This document shows, in pieces, positions 1 through 12,816 of a stretch of 64,000 nt of DNA (within the stretch, counting starts at the first letter, position 1; each line of letters begins with the position of its first letter). The notes below the pieces were generated by a model. The model was not told the origin of the DNA, did no database searches, and saw only the letters and a program-made list of their open reading frames with translations. Both the position numbers and the translations under genes were made by a program. Source of the DNA: Glaucostegus cemiculus (lineage: Eukaryota); NCBI GenBank assembly GCA_976551045.1, contig CDPCPM010000013.1, forward strand, positions 5,084,001 through 5,148,000. The letters are read 5' to 3'.

Positions 1-934
1 TCTGCTCCTCTACACTGTCAAGAACCTTACCATTTACCTTATACTCTGTCCTGGAGTTTGTCCTCCCAAAGTGCACCACCTCACACTTCTCCAGATTAAA
101 CTCCATCTGCCACCTGTCAGCCCATTTCTGCATCCTATCAATATCCCCCTGTAAGCTCCTACAGTCCTCCACACTATCTACCACACCACCAATCTTGGTG
201 TCATCTGCAAACTTACCAACCCATCCCTCCACTCCTTCATCCAAATCATCTATGAATATAACAAAGAGTAGAGGCCCCAGAACCGATCCCTGCGGGACTC
301 CACTAGTCACAGCCCTCCAATCCGAGGGCACTCCCTCCACCATAACCCTCTGCCTTCTACAGGAAAGCCAATTTCTTATCCACACAGCCAACCTCCCCTG
401 GATACCTCGACCTCTGACCTTCTGAAGAAGCCTGCCATGAGGAACCTTATCGAACGCCTTACTAAAATCCATATACACTACATCCACCGCCCTGCCTTCA
501 TCAAGCTTCCTCGTCACCTCCTCAAAGAACTCTATCAGGCTCGTGAGGCAAGATCTTCCCTTCACAAAGCCATGCTGACTGTCCCTAATCAGTCCATGAC
601 TCTCCAAGTGCTCATAGATCCTGTCCCTCAAAATCCTTTCCAACAGCTTACCTACCACAGATGTGAGGCTCACCGGTCTGTAATTTCCCGGACTATCTCT
701 ACTGCCCTTCTTAAACAAGGGAACAACATCCGCTACCCGCCAATCCTCCGGCACCATCCCCGTGGACAACGAGGACTCAAAGATCCTCACCAGCGGATCA
801 GCAATCTCCTCCCTCGCCTCCCGAAGCAGCCTGGGGAATATTCCATCGGGCCCCGGAAACTTATCAGTCTTGATACTACTTAACAATTTCATCACCTCCT
901 CCCTCTCTATAGCTACATACTCAAGAACATTACC
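1..934 (-). mobile_element. CR1 LINE ORF2 (RT domain), 5'-truncated, young; continues off the window's left edge
   Basis: Hand translation of the minus strand gives about 311 codons with no stop: KFPGPDGIFPRLL, WRVADVVPLFKKG, NYRPVSLTSVVGK, QHGFVKGRSCLT, YMDFSKAFDKVPH, GVPQGSVLGP, KFADDT, WQMEFNLEKC. Confidence 0.95.
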
Positions 935-939
935 CTTGT

Positions 940-1005
940 GCTTCTCTCTTCACAGGATGCTGCCTGGCCTGCTGAGTATTGCAAGCACTTTGTCTTTCAA
1001 TTTTT
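940..1005 (+). mobile_element. Penelope-like terminal fragment
   Basis: cacaggatgctgcctggcctgctgagtatt matches the terminal motif found next to GIY-YIG coding remnants elsewhere in the window. Confidence 0.5.
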
Positions 1006-1835
1006 GAGCATTTGTTGCTTTTACAGTTCCAATTGCTGTTGAATTCACTGACACCAGGATTGTCAACGTTGAAGAAGTTCTGCTGCTCACTCTTACAGGA
1101 TTTCTGTTCATTTCCTTTATCTTATTCACCCTCAAAAGTTTTTTTGTTTCTTCTCTTTGATAAGCTGTTGATCAAAACTGGCTTCCATAGCCATATCTCA
1201 TTCCTTAGAAAATATCTCCAGCTTTAATTTAGTTTTGGGAACTCTGACTGAAATTCTCTCCTTCACAGTTTAGCATCACACTTGATCATAGGTATGCTTG
1301 AACCATCCAGCATTTCTCAAATCACTGTTCTCATCACATCTTGAGATCTATATGAGATCAACTCATACATGCTCTTGACTTTGTTTTGCAACATCAACCT
1401 ACTCTATCTCAAAGTTGTCTCTGTTCTTGGTTCCACTTTATCCTTTGCTGCTAATCCTCCAGATTTTTCTCCCCATTCACTTTCTGTTAATGCCATCTCT
1501 CCTCTGGTCCCACCTCTTGCCATGTTTTCACTATTCCTCCTGATCTTTCTCCCTCTGATGCCAATCAATCAAGCCTCAACTTCATCCTCTGCAACCCATC
1601 TTAATGAAGTAAAAGCTCACATGATGTTCCACCCTTCTTCTGCTGTCCTTGTGCCTGTGTCCATTTCTTTGGCCAGGAGCCTTTACCTCAGTCTACGGAC
1701 CCTTTCTCTCATCTCCAGACTTCCCAGTCCATCTACCTCATACCATCTCAAGATCTCTTCATTTCTAACCGCTGGCAAGACAAGTGATATTTTCATCACC
1801 CTTATTTACTCTAACCTGCCTCCTACTGAAGACAC

Positions 1836-3328
1836 ATGAGAAAGCAGATGCTGGAAACTGGAGCAACAAACAATCTGCTGGAGAAACTCAGTGGATCGAG
1901 CAGCATCTGTTATGGGCAGGAATTGTCAATGTTTGGGGTCAAAACCCTGCATCAGGACTGAGAGTGGAGAGGGGAGGTGGCCAGTCTTCAAAGGAGAGAG
2001 GGAGAAAGGAGGCAGGAGCCTGAGGAGATTGGTGGACTGAAGAGAGGGTGAAAGATGACAGGCAGATTGTACCAGGTAGAGGAGGAGAGTGGGAGTGGAG
2101 GTGGGAGACAGAGGCAGAGATGGAGACAGACAATGAGGGAAAAATAAGAGATAGATGGAGTGAGATGTGGGGGAGGGTGAAGGTTGGAGACAACTGCTGG
2201 AGGATGATAAGCAGGAACACAAAAGGGCTACTAGTGCTGAAATCTGATAAGTAAAAAAGGTGATAATGGGGAGGGGTGAATGGCAAATGGAACCAGAATC
2301 AGAGGAGGGTGGAGGATGTGGGTAGACTGGTGGATGAACTGTGTTGTAGATGGAAACGGAATGTGGAGTGGGAGGGGACAAAGATGTGTGATGTGATTGA
2401 GGTGGGGAGGAACAGGATAAAAATGGGAGGACCAGAAGATTAGGAGGAGGGAGGGTTGCCTAAAATTGGAAAACTCATTGTTCATGCCATTGGGTTGCAG
2501 GCTACCCTGGCAGAATGAGGTGTATTGGGTTATTATTGTCACTTGTACCAAGGTACGGTGAAAAGCTTGTCTTACAAACCGATCGTACAGGTCAATTCAT
2601 TACACAGTGCAGTTACATTGATGTACAAAGTGCATTGATGTAGTATGGGTAAAAACAGTAACAGTACAGAGTAAAGTGTCACAGCTACAGAGAGTGCAAT
2701 AAGGTGCAAAGTCATAATAAGGTCAGGGGCTATCTCATTGTATAAGGGGACCATTCAATAGTCTTATCACAGTGGGGTAGAAGCCATCCTTAAGTCTGGT
2801 GGTACATGACCTCAGGCTCCTGTATCTTCTACCCGATGGAAGAGCAGAGAAGAGAGAATGTCCTGGGTGGATGGGGTCTTTGTCTTGGTGTAGTGTCCAG
2901 CATAATCAATGAGAGGTAAAGATGGAGTCCAAGGAGGGGAGGCTGGTGTCCGTGATGCACTGGGCTGTATCCACAACTCTGCAATTTCTTGCGGTCCTGG
3001 GCAGAACAGTTGGTGTACCAAGCCATGATCCATCCAGATAGGATGCTTTCAATGGTGCATCGGTAAAAATTGTTATTCCTTCAGTTTGCATTGGGCCTCA
3101 CCCTGAGAGTGGAGAAGGTCAAGGATGGACAGGTCAGTGTGGGAATGAGAAGGGAATTGGAATGGTGTACAGTTGGGAGCTCGGCACAGACAGAGCATAG
3201 GTGCTCTACAAAACAGTCACCCATTCTATGCTTGGTCTCACTAACATAGAGGAGGCCACATCAGGTGCATCGAATATAGCTGAGTATTTCCAACTCATTT
3301 TGTTTTTATTTTAGATTTCCAGCATCTA
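1836..3328 (-). mobile_element. Penelope-like element 3' part (GIY-YIG end plus 3' repeat), interrupted by a Rex1 LINE
   Basis: Minus strand reads IRCT*CGLLYVSETKHR (about 3222-3277, YIG-type motif) and GSLQPNGMNNEFSNF (about 2462-2510). The terminal motif lies at 1843-1910. Confidence 0.8.
2523..3070 (-). mobile_element. Rex1/Babar LINE 3' fragment
   Basis: AWYTNCSAQDRKKLQ remnant and tail gtacaagtgacaataataacccaata. Closely matches copies at 3330, 17695 and 44035. Confidence 0.85.
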
Positions 3329-3329
3329 C

Positions 3330-4595
3330 TATTGGTATTGGTGTTGGCTTATTATTGTCACTTGTAGTAAGGTATGGTGAAAAGATTGTCTTACAAACGG
3401 ATTGCACAGGTCAATTCATTACACAGTGCAGTTACATTGAGTTAGTACAAAGTGCATTGATGTAGTACATGTGGGTGGCATGATAGCATAGCGGTTAGCG
3501 TGACGCTGTTACAGCGCCAGAGATCGGGGTTCGATTCCTGTCGCTGACTGTAAGGAGTTTCTACGTTCTCCCGTGTCTGCGTGGGTTTCCTCCGGGTGCT
3601 CCAGTTTCCTCCCATGTTCTAAAAGACGTATGGGTAGTTTAATTTGGGGGTTTAAAATTGGTGGCGCGGACTTGTTGGGCCGAAAGGTCCTGTTACCACG
3701 CTGTAAGTAAAATTAAAAAAAAACAGTAATAGTACAGAGTAAAGTGTCACAGCTACAGAGAAAGTGCAGTGCAATAAAGTGCAAGGTCACACAAGGTAGA
3801 TCATGAGGTCATAGTCCATCTCATTGCATAAGGGAACTATTCAATAGTCTTATCACAGTGGGGTAGAAGCTGTCCTTAAGTCTGGTGGTACATGCCCTCA
3901 GGCACCTGTATCTTCTACCCAATGGAAGAGAAGAGAAGAGAGAATGTCCCGGATGAGTGGGGTCTTTGATTATGCTGACCGCTACACAAAGACAATGAGA
4001 GGTAAAGACAGAGTCCAAAGAGGGGAGGCTGGTGTCCATGATGCACTGGGCTGTGTCCACAACTCTGCAGCTTCTTGCAGTCCTGGGCAGAGCAGTTGCC
4101 ATACCGAGCTGTGATACAACCAGATAGGATGCTTTCTATGGTGCATCAGTAAAAGTAGGTGAGAGTCAAAGGGGACAAACCAAATTTCTTTAGCCTCCTG
4201 AGGAAGTAGAGGTGCTGGTGAGCTTTCTTGGCTTTGGCATTTATGTGGTTTGAGCAGGACAGGCTATTGGTGATGTTCACACCCAGGAACTTGAAGCCCT
4301 CAACCCTCTCAACCTCAGCACCATTGATGTAGACAGGTGCATGTACACCACCCCCTTTCCTGAAATCAATGACCAACTCTTTCCTTTTGTTGACATTGAG
4401 GGAAAGGTTGTTGTCATGACACCATTCCACTAAGCTCTCTATCTCCTTCCTGTACTCTGACTCATTGGAGAAATGGTCCACAATGGTGGTATCATCTGCA
4501 AACTTGTAGATGGAGTTAGAGCAGAATCTGGCCACACAGCCGTGAGTGTATAGGGAGTAGAATAGAGTGCTGAGGACACAACCTTGTGGGGCACC
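3330..4595 (-). mobile_element. Rex1/Babar LINE, RT C-terminal half to 3' tail
   Basis: ORF 4146..4535 has KFADDTT, WCHDNNLSLNVNK, INGAEVERVEGFKFLG, HLYFLRRLKK. A GAPQGCVLS-like motif lies near 4570-4595, and the (ccaata)n tail is at 3330. Confidence 0.9.
3473..3722 (+). mobile_element. HE1-type V-SINE (tRNA head, V-domain, CR1-type tail) inserted in the Rex1 3' UTR
   Basis: A box tagcatagcgg, B box ggttcgattcc, V-domain ttctcccgtgtctgcgtgggtttcctccgggtgctccagtttcctccca, tail ttgttgggccgaaaggtcctgttaccacgctgta. Confidence 0.9.
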
Positions 4596-6157
4596 AGTGA
4601 GCCTTTTGTTTTATTATCACCTTGAGTATAAATGCACAACTGTAACATTTACCATAAAATTGTTTTTATTCCATATACAGTTATAATAGAACATAGAATA
4701 TAGAACAGCACAGGACAGGTCATTTGGCCCATGATATTGTGCTGATCTTGAACACCATGAATGTTCCCATTCAATTAGCTAGAAAACACATGACGCTTTA
4801 TTTTGAGAGGTACACAACTGAACTTAAAAGAAAATGACGGACTTGCTGTGAACTGCATTCAGGTGATGACTTGCTTCTGGATGTCCAATATGCTATTGTG
4901 TAATGCCACCTGGAATGTACAGTGGAGTCCAATAGAGCTGCAATGGATACCCAGATGATATTAGCTCAGGGCAACATGGAATACTCATGTAGAAGTGCTT
5001 GTCAGGCGTTTACAGTGCTGTGAGATCTGCTTCACTTCTTGAGCTGATCCCAGTAGGTGGAGTCCTGAACCAGGAGCTAACCTCAGGCTATTTTTATGCA
5101 ATATACATGCCTGTCATATCAGCAGATTAAATAGTCTACTGAACATTTTGGGGTAAGTCCTTGGATAAAATGTTTGCAGCCCACCACTCATTACTTCCTC
5201 AATGTCCCTTTACAACATACATTCAAAGTTTGGGCCAAACTGTTTCCAACACATGTTTTCTCTCTGCTTTGTGAGGATTTAAACTTAGAAGAACAAACAT
5301 TTCTGTTTCTTTTGTGTCTGCTGTTTTTCTATAGCAGCTTGTGTATGTTAAATAGATTCAATTCTCTATTAAAAAGATGAACAAACACATTAAATGTTTA
5401 GCTGTAAAAATGAGTAACAATGATCTCCAGGCAGTGATTGAAAACTGGACATTGCCAGTTGTCAAATCATACACATTCTACTTATCATTTACTTTGCCAT
5501 TTTTGTGAGTCAATATTCACCCCTTTTTTCCTTCCCATCCCCTCCATCTCACACTCATAGTCACATGGAAATAGACACACAACTAAATCATGCAGAAACA
5601 TACATGAAGCACACATGAAACATGCCACTATACAGCCACATAACTAAAACACACATGGACATATAAACACACCCAAAATGCAGGCAAACTCTCTCATACA
5701 GCACAAAGGCATAAACATTAACCTGTTAAGGTTATTTGTGTTCATACCTCTCATAGAGTAACAGAGAAAGGAACTGTTAATATCCACTGATATGACTGAG
5801 GCATCAATGAAGTTGTTGTTTCTATTAGTTATATGTACTTAATAGAATGTGAAGGCTTTGAATATAATCTGATAATTCTGTGATAATGATCTCAGTGCAT
5901 GTATTATTTTACACAAGTGTATTGTTCTGTTTGTTGGAGAAATGGAGAATTTATTACATCAGACAGATTTCCATCATATTCTTTCATGTACAGTTCAAAA
6001 AATAGTACCGTTTAGTTTTATAATCATTGTAAGCTTATTGTTCACTCTCTCTCTGGTAACATTTGGCAGATCTCCATTAAACAATAGGCTTACAAGTTTA
6101 ATTCTTTATGAGTAAATTCACATGTGAGGATGCTCAATATTCAACCATACTTTCCAG

Positions 6158-6280
6158 GAGTTATCATTCAAACCAATGCAATTGGAAGATGGATGCACTG
6201 ATTTCATTATCAGAAATATGAATAAGAATAAAATTCTATGTGCAATTCGCTGTCTATTACCTCGAAGATTGTACAGCAAG
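6158..6280 (+). other. Candidate host exon (unidentified gene)
   Basis: Acceptor actttccag|GAG and donor AAG|gtaact enclose 123 nt, open in phase 0: ELSFKPMQLEDGCTDFIIRNMNKNKILCAIRCLLPRRLYSK. It lies in non-repeat sequence. I do not recognise the protein. Confidence 0.3.
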
Positions 6281-6999
6281 GTAACTGAAGCTATCCATTA
6301 AAAGCTTGGAGCTTTAACAATCGCTTTTCAATTGCTTCATTTATTGAGGAATAATTCTTAAGTTTTAAAACATTTTACTCCTTGAAGTTGAGTAATCAGA
6401 GAACCAAATACAGGTTGAAACAATAGACTAATGAATGTCTCTTAAGTTGAAGGTAAAGCTCCATTCCAAAGATGACAAGTTAGTCAGTATTGACTAGTTG
6501 GAAGAATATGCAGACAAAAGTCTGACCTTGGTTGGATGAAAATGTTAAGAACTAGATGTAGTTATTATCTGCTATTGATTTTAATGTAAATATCTATTCC
6601 TTGTTGTAAGCATTGACATTCAAAGCAGAAACTTGAGAATGAATTACTGCAGCCACTTTAGTGAATAATTTACTTGAAAAAGTCATATTGATACAGAATA
6701 ATTACTGTAGCCGGATTCCAGGAGCAGACTTAATCAATGAGAAGTAACAATGCACTTAAACAAAGAGAAAGGAGAAAATTGTCAGCCAGTCCCAGTGGAC
6801 ATAATATTCATGGAAAATACTGTAGTCGCAGGACTGGAAATTGGACTATGCTCATTGGGGAGCAAAGCCAGGTGCTGAACAGGGTACAGGAGTTTATAGA
6901 GACTTACAGGGATACCCACATCAAACTCGTCTGCCAGATATCTGCATTTAATACCAACAACCAAGAGAACAGGAGGGGGTGTTGATTAGTATACCCACT

Positions 7000-8000
7000 T
7001 TCAGGCATCAGCTTCCAATGGCCACTTTAAGTTCTGCTGCCTTGAAGAGCAGCATCACATACTGTAGGCAAGGTCTCATATGAAGGTCAAATGAAACTCT
7101 TGAAGGGCATTTTATCTGATACCATGGGACAATTTCAAGAGCAATAGGTTTGATATGTTCAACTAAGGACCAGAGATAATGTCTAATGATTATGCAACCA
7201 GGTTAAAGGCACTGGAAATAAAAGTTCAGTTTTCTGATTTTTATTGAGCAGGTTTTGCATGCATGCAGACCTGAAAGTGAGAGTGTTCACAAAAAAATAT
7301 CCTTGATATATTGGGATTAACGTTCAGGGAAGCATGCAGATATTACACTATAAAGTGCGAGGCACATTTTCTCAGGACATGATTCCCAGGTGCACACAAG
7401 GAGCAATCTTAACAGAAATGGTAATTGTTCCTCACAACTGACTGACATGGACATTAGTTATTTGTTCAGTAGGAGACCAGGAGGTTAGTTGAGTGCAAGA
7501 GGCTGCAAATCATGTGGGTGCAAAAGGCAGGAAGTTTTGCATGGATATTTTAAAAGCTACATGACCTCAGAAAGACCATTCATGATAGCGAACTCCTATT
7601 TGCCTTGGGCACCATGGAACAAGCAGATGGAAAGTAGCAGAATCAAATACTGAAGTGGCAGAAATGACAAGGCTGAGTGGTATCGAGTTGCATGTATTTA
7701 GGTTATTTTGATAATCGATGAAAAGATTAGAATTGATATTGTGGCAAGTCAGCCTTTTGTAAGCCAGGATGCATATGTAAAATACTTCAACCTCTGTCAG
7801 TGGAGTGGAGCTAAATGGCGTTGCACATACGTACAGGAATGATTTTCCAAGTTATGAAGGAAGTGAACTATTGGGTTGTCACTGGAGACAGATACTGTAT
7901 GGCCAGTTGTCTATCATAATTAGGGGCCAGATGCACGCATCACCAATCATAGGAATAGATTGGATTGAGTAAATAAAAAATCAGGGATTGAGAGTTTTAA
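7000..8000 (+). mobile_element. Ancient degenerate Gypsy gag-protease remnant
   Basis: Frameshifted motifs NDYATRLKALEIKVQFSDF, ILDILGLTFREACR (gag), IDIVASQPFVSQDAY (decayed DTGAS-like protease site) and SPIIGIDWIE*IK (LLGRDW-like). Confidence 0.55.
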
Positions 8001-9555
8001 AGATTCATGAAATTGGACAGTCATGCATCATGACTGGATGATCATGACTGCATGATATGATCCAGTAGCTACTCGTGCTTCAGCACATTGGCTTTGTTCA
8101 AACAGAGCATTGTTCAGGAGGTCTTTAGTGGCACTAACAACTCTGCAACTTCCAGGCACTGGCAGACCAGAGGTACTGCATGCAGCTCCAATATTTGTGG
8201 AAAAGGATAGTTCAGTCTCTTTCATGTAACAACAAGAACAGTGAGATAAATTACAACTGAGGACAAGGGTGACGTGAAAGTAGGCAGCACTCTTCATGAT
8301 AGGTGTGGTCATCAACATGTGGCTAAAAGTGCACTGGCATAATTATAGGTGGAATTTGATGACAGTCTTTCTGATGAGAATGTGAAGTTTGGGCTGAAAG
8401 GAAAACTGAGTATGTAACACAAGAACTTCCTAAGAGGAGGAAAGCTAGATGTTTAGCTGAACTATGCAGATAATAATATGCTAAGGAGAGTGAGACAAAA
8501 ATACGTGAAATAAAGGCAAAAGCAGTGGTAAATCAGCATGGCGGTGAATGGGAAGTGGGTTGTAATGAGAGGGCTAATAGCATATTTTCAGAGACATAGA
8601 GACATACTGGTGCATTCTTCAATGGCCATGATAAAACAGTGTTGACTATTCAGTGTCCATCAGTAAAGGTTGGGAATGCATCTACTTCACTGCAGTGGAG
8701 TGGGTATTACATTATGACCACCTTGAGATTCTTGGGCAGAAGACATTGATTACACAACTGCCTGTGAAAACCACCAAGATATTATGAAAAAATGAAGGAA
8801 TGTAACAAGCTGGACAGAGAATTAAATCAGGAGAATGTATCCCAGAGGGAAGAATACTCTGAAGCCAGAGGCAATGAAGACAGTCTGAAGAATGAAGAAG
8901 AGGACAGTCTATTGTAAGTAGCCCAGGTAAAAAGCATTAATTGACTTAGCTTTTCAGAACAGACTGGGTATTCATAAACATCAATGGAAGCAGTTTAGAG
9001 AGGGGTGTATAGTCTGTTTGAACAGAATGAGAGAGCTAGTTCACAGGAATTTCAGAACAATTGATCTGCCAATCCAAGAGTCCACAAACAAGATGAGAAG
9101 AAAAAGGCTCAGCATGAGGTGCTGTAGCGAGATAATGTTGATTTAGTCTGACACAGACAATACTGATGGAGAAGATGAATCTATGTGAGTACTGGAAAAG
9201 AGCTCAGTGTCTACAAGACTTTTATTATTTACAAAATTGCTGAGTGAGCTGAATCAACCAGAGATCGACTTGGATGCTTTGAGAGAGGGCTGCATTGCAA
9301 ATGTGGAGGCAGCTTAAAAGCTCCAAAGATCCTATGAGGGATGTTACAGCAGTAATGGACTTACTAATGTCAGTCCAATAGAGCGTAGCCAGAGTGTGAC
9401 AAGACAGACTGAAAACCGTTGTGGCAGAATTGAAAACCTTGGAGATGATCCAGAAAGGTAAAGTCAGAGATGACTTTGAGACTTCAAAAAGGAGTGCAGG
9501 AAAGATGGAGAGTCTAGTGTTTACAGGGAGTCAGATTGGGAGTCAAGATGCAAGA

Positions 9556-9803
9556 TTTTTTAAAAATTTATTTACAGCATGGTAACAGGCCCTTTCAGCC
9601 CAATGGGTCAGCGCTGCCCATTTTTAAACCCCCAAATTAACCTACCTGTACTTCTTTCAGAATGTGGGAGGAAACTGGAGCACCCAGAGGAAACCCACAC
9701 AGACACGGGAGAATGTACAAACTCCTTACAGTCAGCGACAGGAATCGAACCCTGATCGCTGGCGCTGTAAAAGCGTCACGCTAACCGCCACGCTATCGTG
9801 CCA
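9556..9803 (-). mobile_element. HE1-type V-SINE (CR1-type tail)
   Basis: Reverse-complement match to the SINE at 3473. Confidence 0.9.
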
Positions 9804-10299
9804 TGTGTGAAAGCAGAGACTAAAAGATGGAGTGAGAGTCTGAAAAAAATAAAGATTGCTGGGACCAAGTTCATGATATCCAGTTATGTACCAACATAAT
9901 GTACAATTGCAACTATTGTCATGGTTGAGATTCTAAACATCAACCTGTTCACGTAAAACTTAACTCAAGTTTTATGTGAACAGATTAGAATATTTAATAG
10001 AATGTGTTGATAGTTCAGAATATATTTATATTGAAATAACAATTTCAGTACAGGTTTTGAGACCAAATATGCACAAAGCCTATCTGAAGAAGTCATTTAT
10101 TGTAATTATCTGTGCTTGGAGTGGATACTTCAGAAATGTCAAGTACAGTACACTGAAGAGTTTTGTACATCAAAAGATTCACAGAATGAATATATTCATA
10201 ATTGATTAAACTTATAACTGTAGAGTGAATTTTTAAAATTTCATTGATGCAAAACATTAATGAATTGTATAATTTTTTGTGTGTAAAAGGTTGATGGTT

Positions 10300-10503
10300 T
10301 GTAGGCTTTTTATTGTTTTTTTTAAACCGGAAGCAATACAGTTTATATGTGCACCTTTAAGAACTAAATGTGCAATGTGGCATAAGTTTTGACACCTCGT
10401 TATTCAAGTCACTGCTTTTAGGTAAGACTTCACTGCTTTCAGTAAATATTCTGTTCTAGCTTTGTTGTTTGCCCTAGTAAGCAGCGATACTAAGGAATCT
10501 ACA
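10300..10503 (+). mobile_element. Possible 3' LTR of the ancient Gypsy remnant
   Basis: TGTAG...CTACA inverted ends, preceded by a decayed purine tract (aaaaggttgatgg). I found no matching 5' LTR. Confidence 0.35.
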
Positions 10504-11409
10504 GACATTACAAATCTTGTACATGATACATTAAATTCATTTGACTTTCAGGAATAGTCCTTAAGTAATTATTTGGCTTCCGATCTGTACATGTAAAGCT
10601 ATTGAATCTAATTTTAAGTGCTCATTGTGCATGCTATTGCAGGAAGTGTAATCAATTCAGCAGGGTGCTGATTTTCTGGTCCAGGAATCAGTTCATGACA
10701 GTCATATGGCCCTTTGGTGAGTTTCTATACCTGTACAATAGGAACAATGCAATCCAATTTCTAGTTCATTATCATTGCCACAGATGCACAGCACGCCAAA
10801 AAGATATGCTTGAACTGGTTGCTGTTCTTCATAAGGAATGTTGTGTGGTGCAGTTTTATTCCAATCTATTCAGTTTCCCAGTACAAGAGCTGATGCAAAC
10901 AGAATTGTTTTTATTCATGCTATTATATATTCACAGGCTGACCAACCCTTCCCCATAAGCACCACACACAGTCTTGAGTTTCTGATGAAATCGCACTTTA
11001 AAAAAACCCACCAAAACAACAATGTTGAGTGTCTGTTCAAGCTCATTTGCATAGAAAAGCAAATTCTGACAGAAACCCAGCTTCTCCAATCTAACCTTGG
11101 AAATCATGGCCTTCTCAGCCCAAGATGAGATTGATTCCATTAAGTTAATGCTAATATGATTTACAAAGCCGGAAGGAGGGGAAAAAAATCAAAGTGGGAC
11201 TTCACCAGAGACAACTTATACAAGCCAATGGGTAACTGTGTTGTGGGGAGTTCAGGCAAAGAAATCATTTACACTACATTCAGTCTGGTGTAAAAGACAT
11301 TGCACTGTGAGAAAAAGCTGCAAAATAGAGCCCTGAACAGTGGTGTGAGAGCAAGCAAACAATTATGTCATTGTATAACACGTTGTCCAGGATAGAACAC
11401 AAGGAAGGC

Positions 11410-11950
11410 AAGAACATAGGCACATAAGTAGGTTACCTGGCCCCCTCAAGCCCATCCTGGCATTCAATATGATCATGGCTGAACTACTCAGGCCTCTTCT
11501 ATGTCAGTTCTCTTTAGCCTGCAATTCCTCAGTCTTTCAAATATTTATCTATCATCTCCCAAAATATTCCCATGATTTAAACTCCACCACTCTCCAAGGG
11601 TAGAGAATTCCAGGGATTCACCACCCTCTGTGAGAAGAAATTCTAATACACCTCAGTTCTAAATAACTGTTCCTTTAGTAATTATATCCTCTCATTAGTG
11701 AAAACATCTCAATTTTTACTTTGTCATATCTCCTTGGATCTAATATTCTTCAGTAAAATCACCCTTTATCTTCTAAATTCCAAAGGATGCAAACATCACA
11801 TCCTTAGTCATTTGTGAAAGGACAATCCTCACATTCCAAGAATTAGCAAGTTTCTTCTGTGCTGCACATAACCCTGGAAAATCCTTTTTTTTTGTTTAAA
11901 AAAAAGGAAATGAAGTAATGGATTGTACATTATTCAAGGTAGTGGCTCAG
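11410..11950 (-). mobile_element. Old CR1 3' fragment
   Basis: CR1-type tail (agaacatagg...ggccccctcaagcc...attcaatatgatcatggctga) and gtagagaattccagggattcaccaccctctgtgagaagaaatt. Confidence 0.7.
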
Positions 11951-12239
11951 TCTATCTATTTGCAAAATAGAGATATCAGGAGACAATATAGGATGAATTG
12001 TTGGATGTATTAAGGCAGGGTTGAGTTCCTGTCTTCTAAGGCTGATGGGAATGCTCGATTGAGAAAACAAAGAACTTCTAGAACCCCATTGTGGAACATT
12101 TGTGGTTTTAGAGGGAGTGGAGAAGTATCACCAAGCTGGCAATGGGACTCAATGAACTTGTAATAAATGTCTTCAGAGATTCTAAATATGGGTAACATTA
12201 AAGTAAACAATGGGTGGAAACTTAAGGCTGCAATATTAT

Positions 12240-12306
12240 GGCAAGGGTTATGGCCAAGAAGCCTGGAATTCTGGGTTCTGCAAATAACCTGCTGATAAAA
12301 ACAACA
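12240..12306 (+). repeat. Local direct repeat, copy 1 (about 65 bp)
   Basis: ggcaagggttatggccaagaagcctggaattctgggttctgcaaataacctgctgataaaaa recurs at 12817 with one substitution. Confidence 0.9.
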
Positions 12307-12337
12307 TTTTAACATGATTCTTCAGTTCAAAGATATT

Positions 12338-12628
12338 AAGATATCTTTATTAGTCACATGTACACCAAAACACACAGTGAAATGCATCTTTTTGTGTAGA
12401 GTGTTCTGGGGGCAGCCTGCAAATGTCGCCACGCTTCCAACACCAACATAACATGTCTACAACTTCCTAACCTGTACATCTTTGGAAAGTGGGAGGAAAC
12501 CAGAGCACTCGGAGGAAACCCATGCTGACTCAGGGAGAACGTACAAATACCTGACAGACAGCAGCTGGAATTGAACCTGGGTTGCTGGTGCTGTAATAAC
12601 GTTATGCTAACCACTACACAATTGTGCC
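12338..12628 (-). mobile_element. V-SINE, second subfamily (Rex1-like tail)
   Basis: tRNA head and V-domain, with tail catttcactgtgtgttttggtgtacatgtgactaataaagatatctt. Confidence 0.85.
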
Positions 12629-12816
12629 TGCTGAATGGTTTCAGCATTTCATGACCTGATTTAACTTTCCAATATTCACAGTATTGTTTTTAAAATCTTG
12701 CTCATTTAAATTGCCTGTGATCAAGTCCTTAATCAGATCAAGGTCAGTCAAAAGTACAGAAAATACATCTGAATCCAGAGCTGCAATATTTACCAAGCTG
12801 AATGGTCACGGTAAAA

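Noticed and set aside
195-1007. + strand ORFs (195..425, 437..883, 762..1007)
   Set aside because: They are antisense shadows of the CR1 RT frame.
1369-2381. Ser/Pro/Leu-rich ORFs of 115-156 aa
   Set aside because: They arise from pyrimidine/purine strand skew in decayed LINE and Penelope UTR sequence and have no domain.
3473-3545. tRNA-like A and B boxes (also in the other SINE copies)
   Set aside because: These are SINE heads continuing into the V-domain, not tRNA genes.
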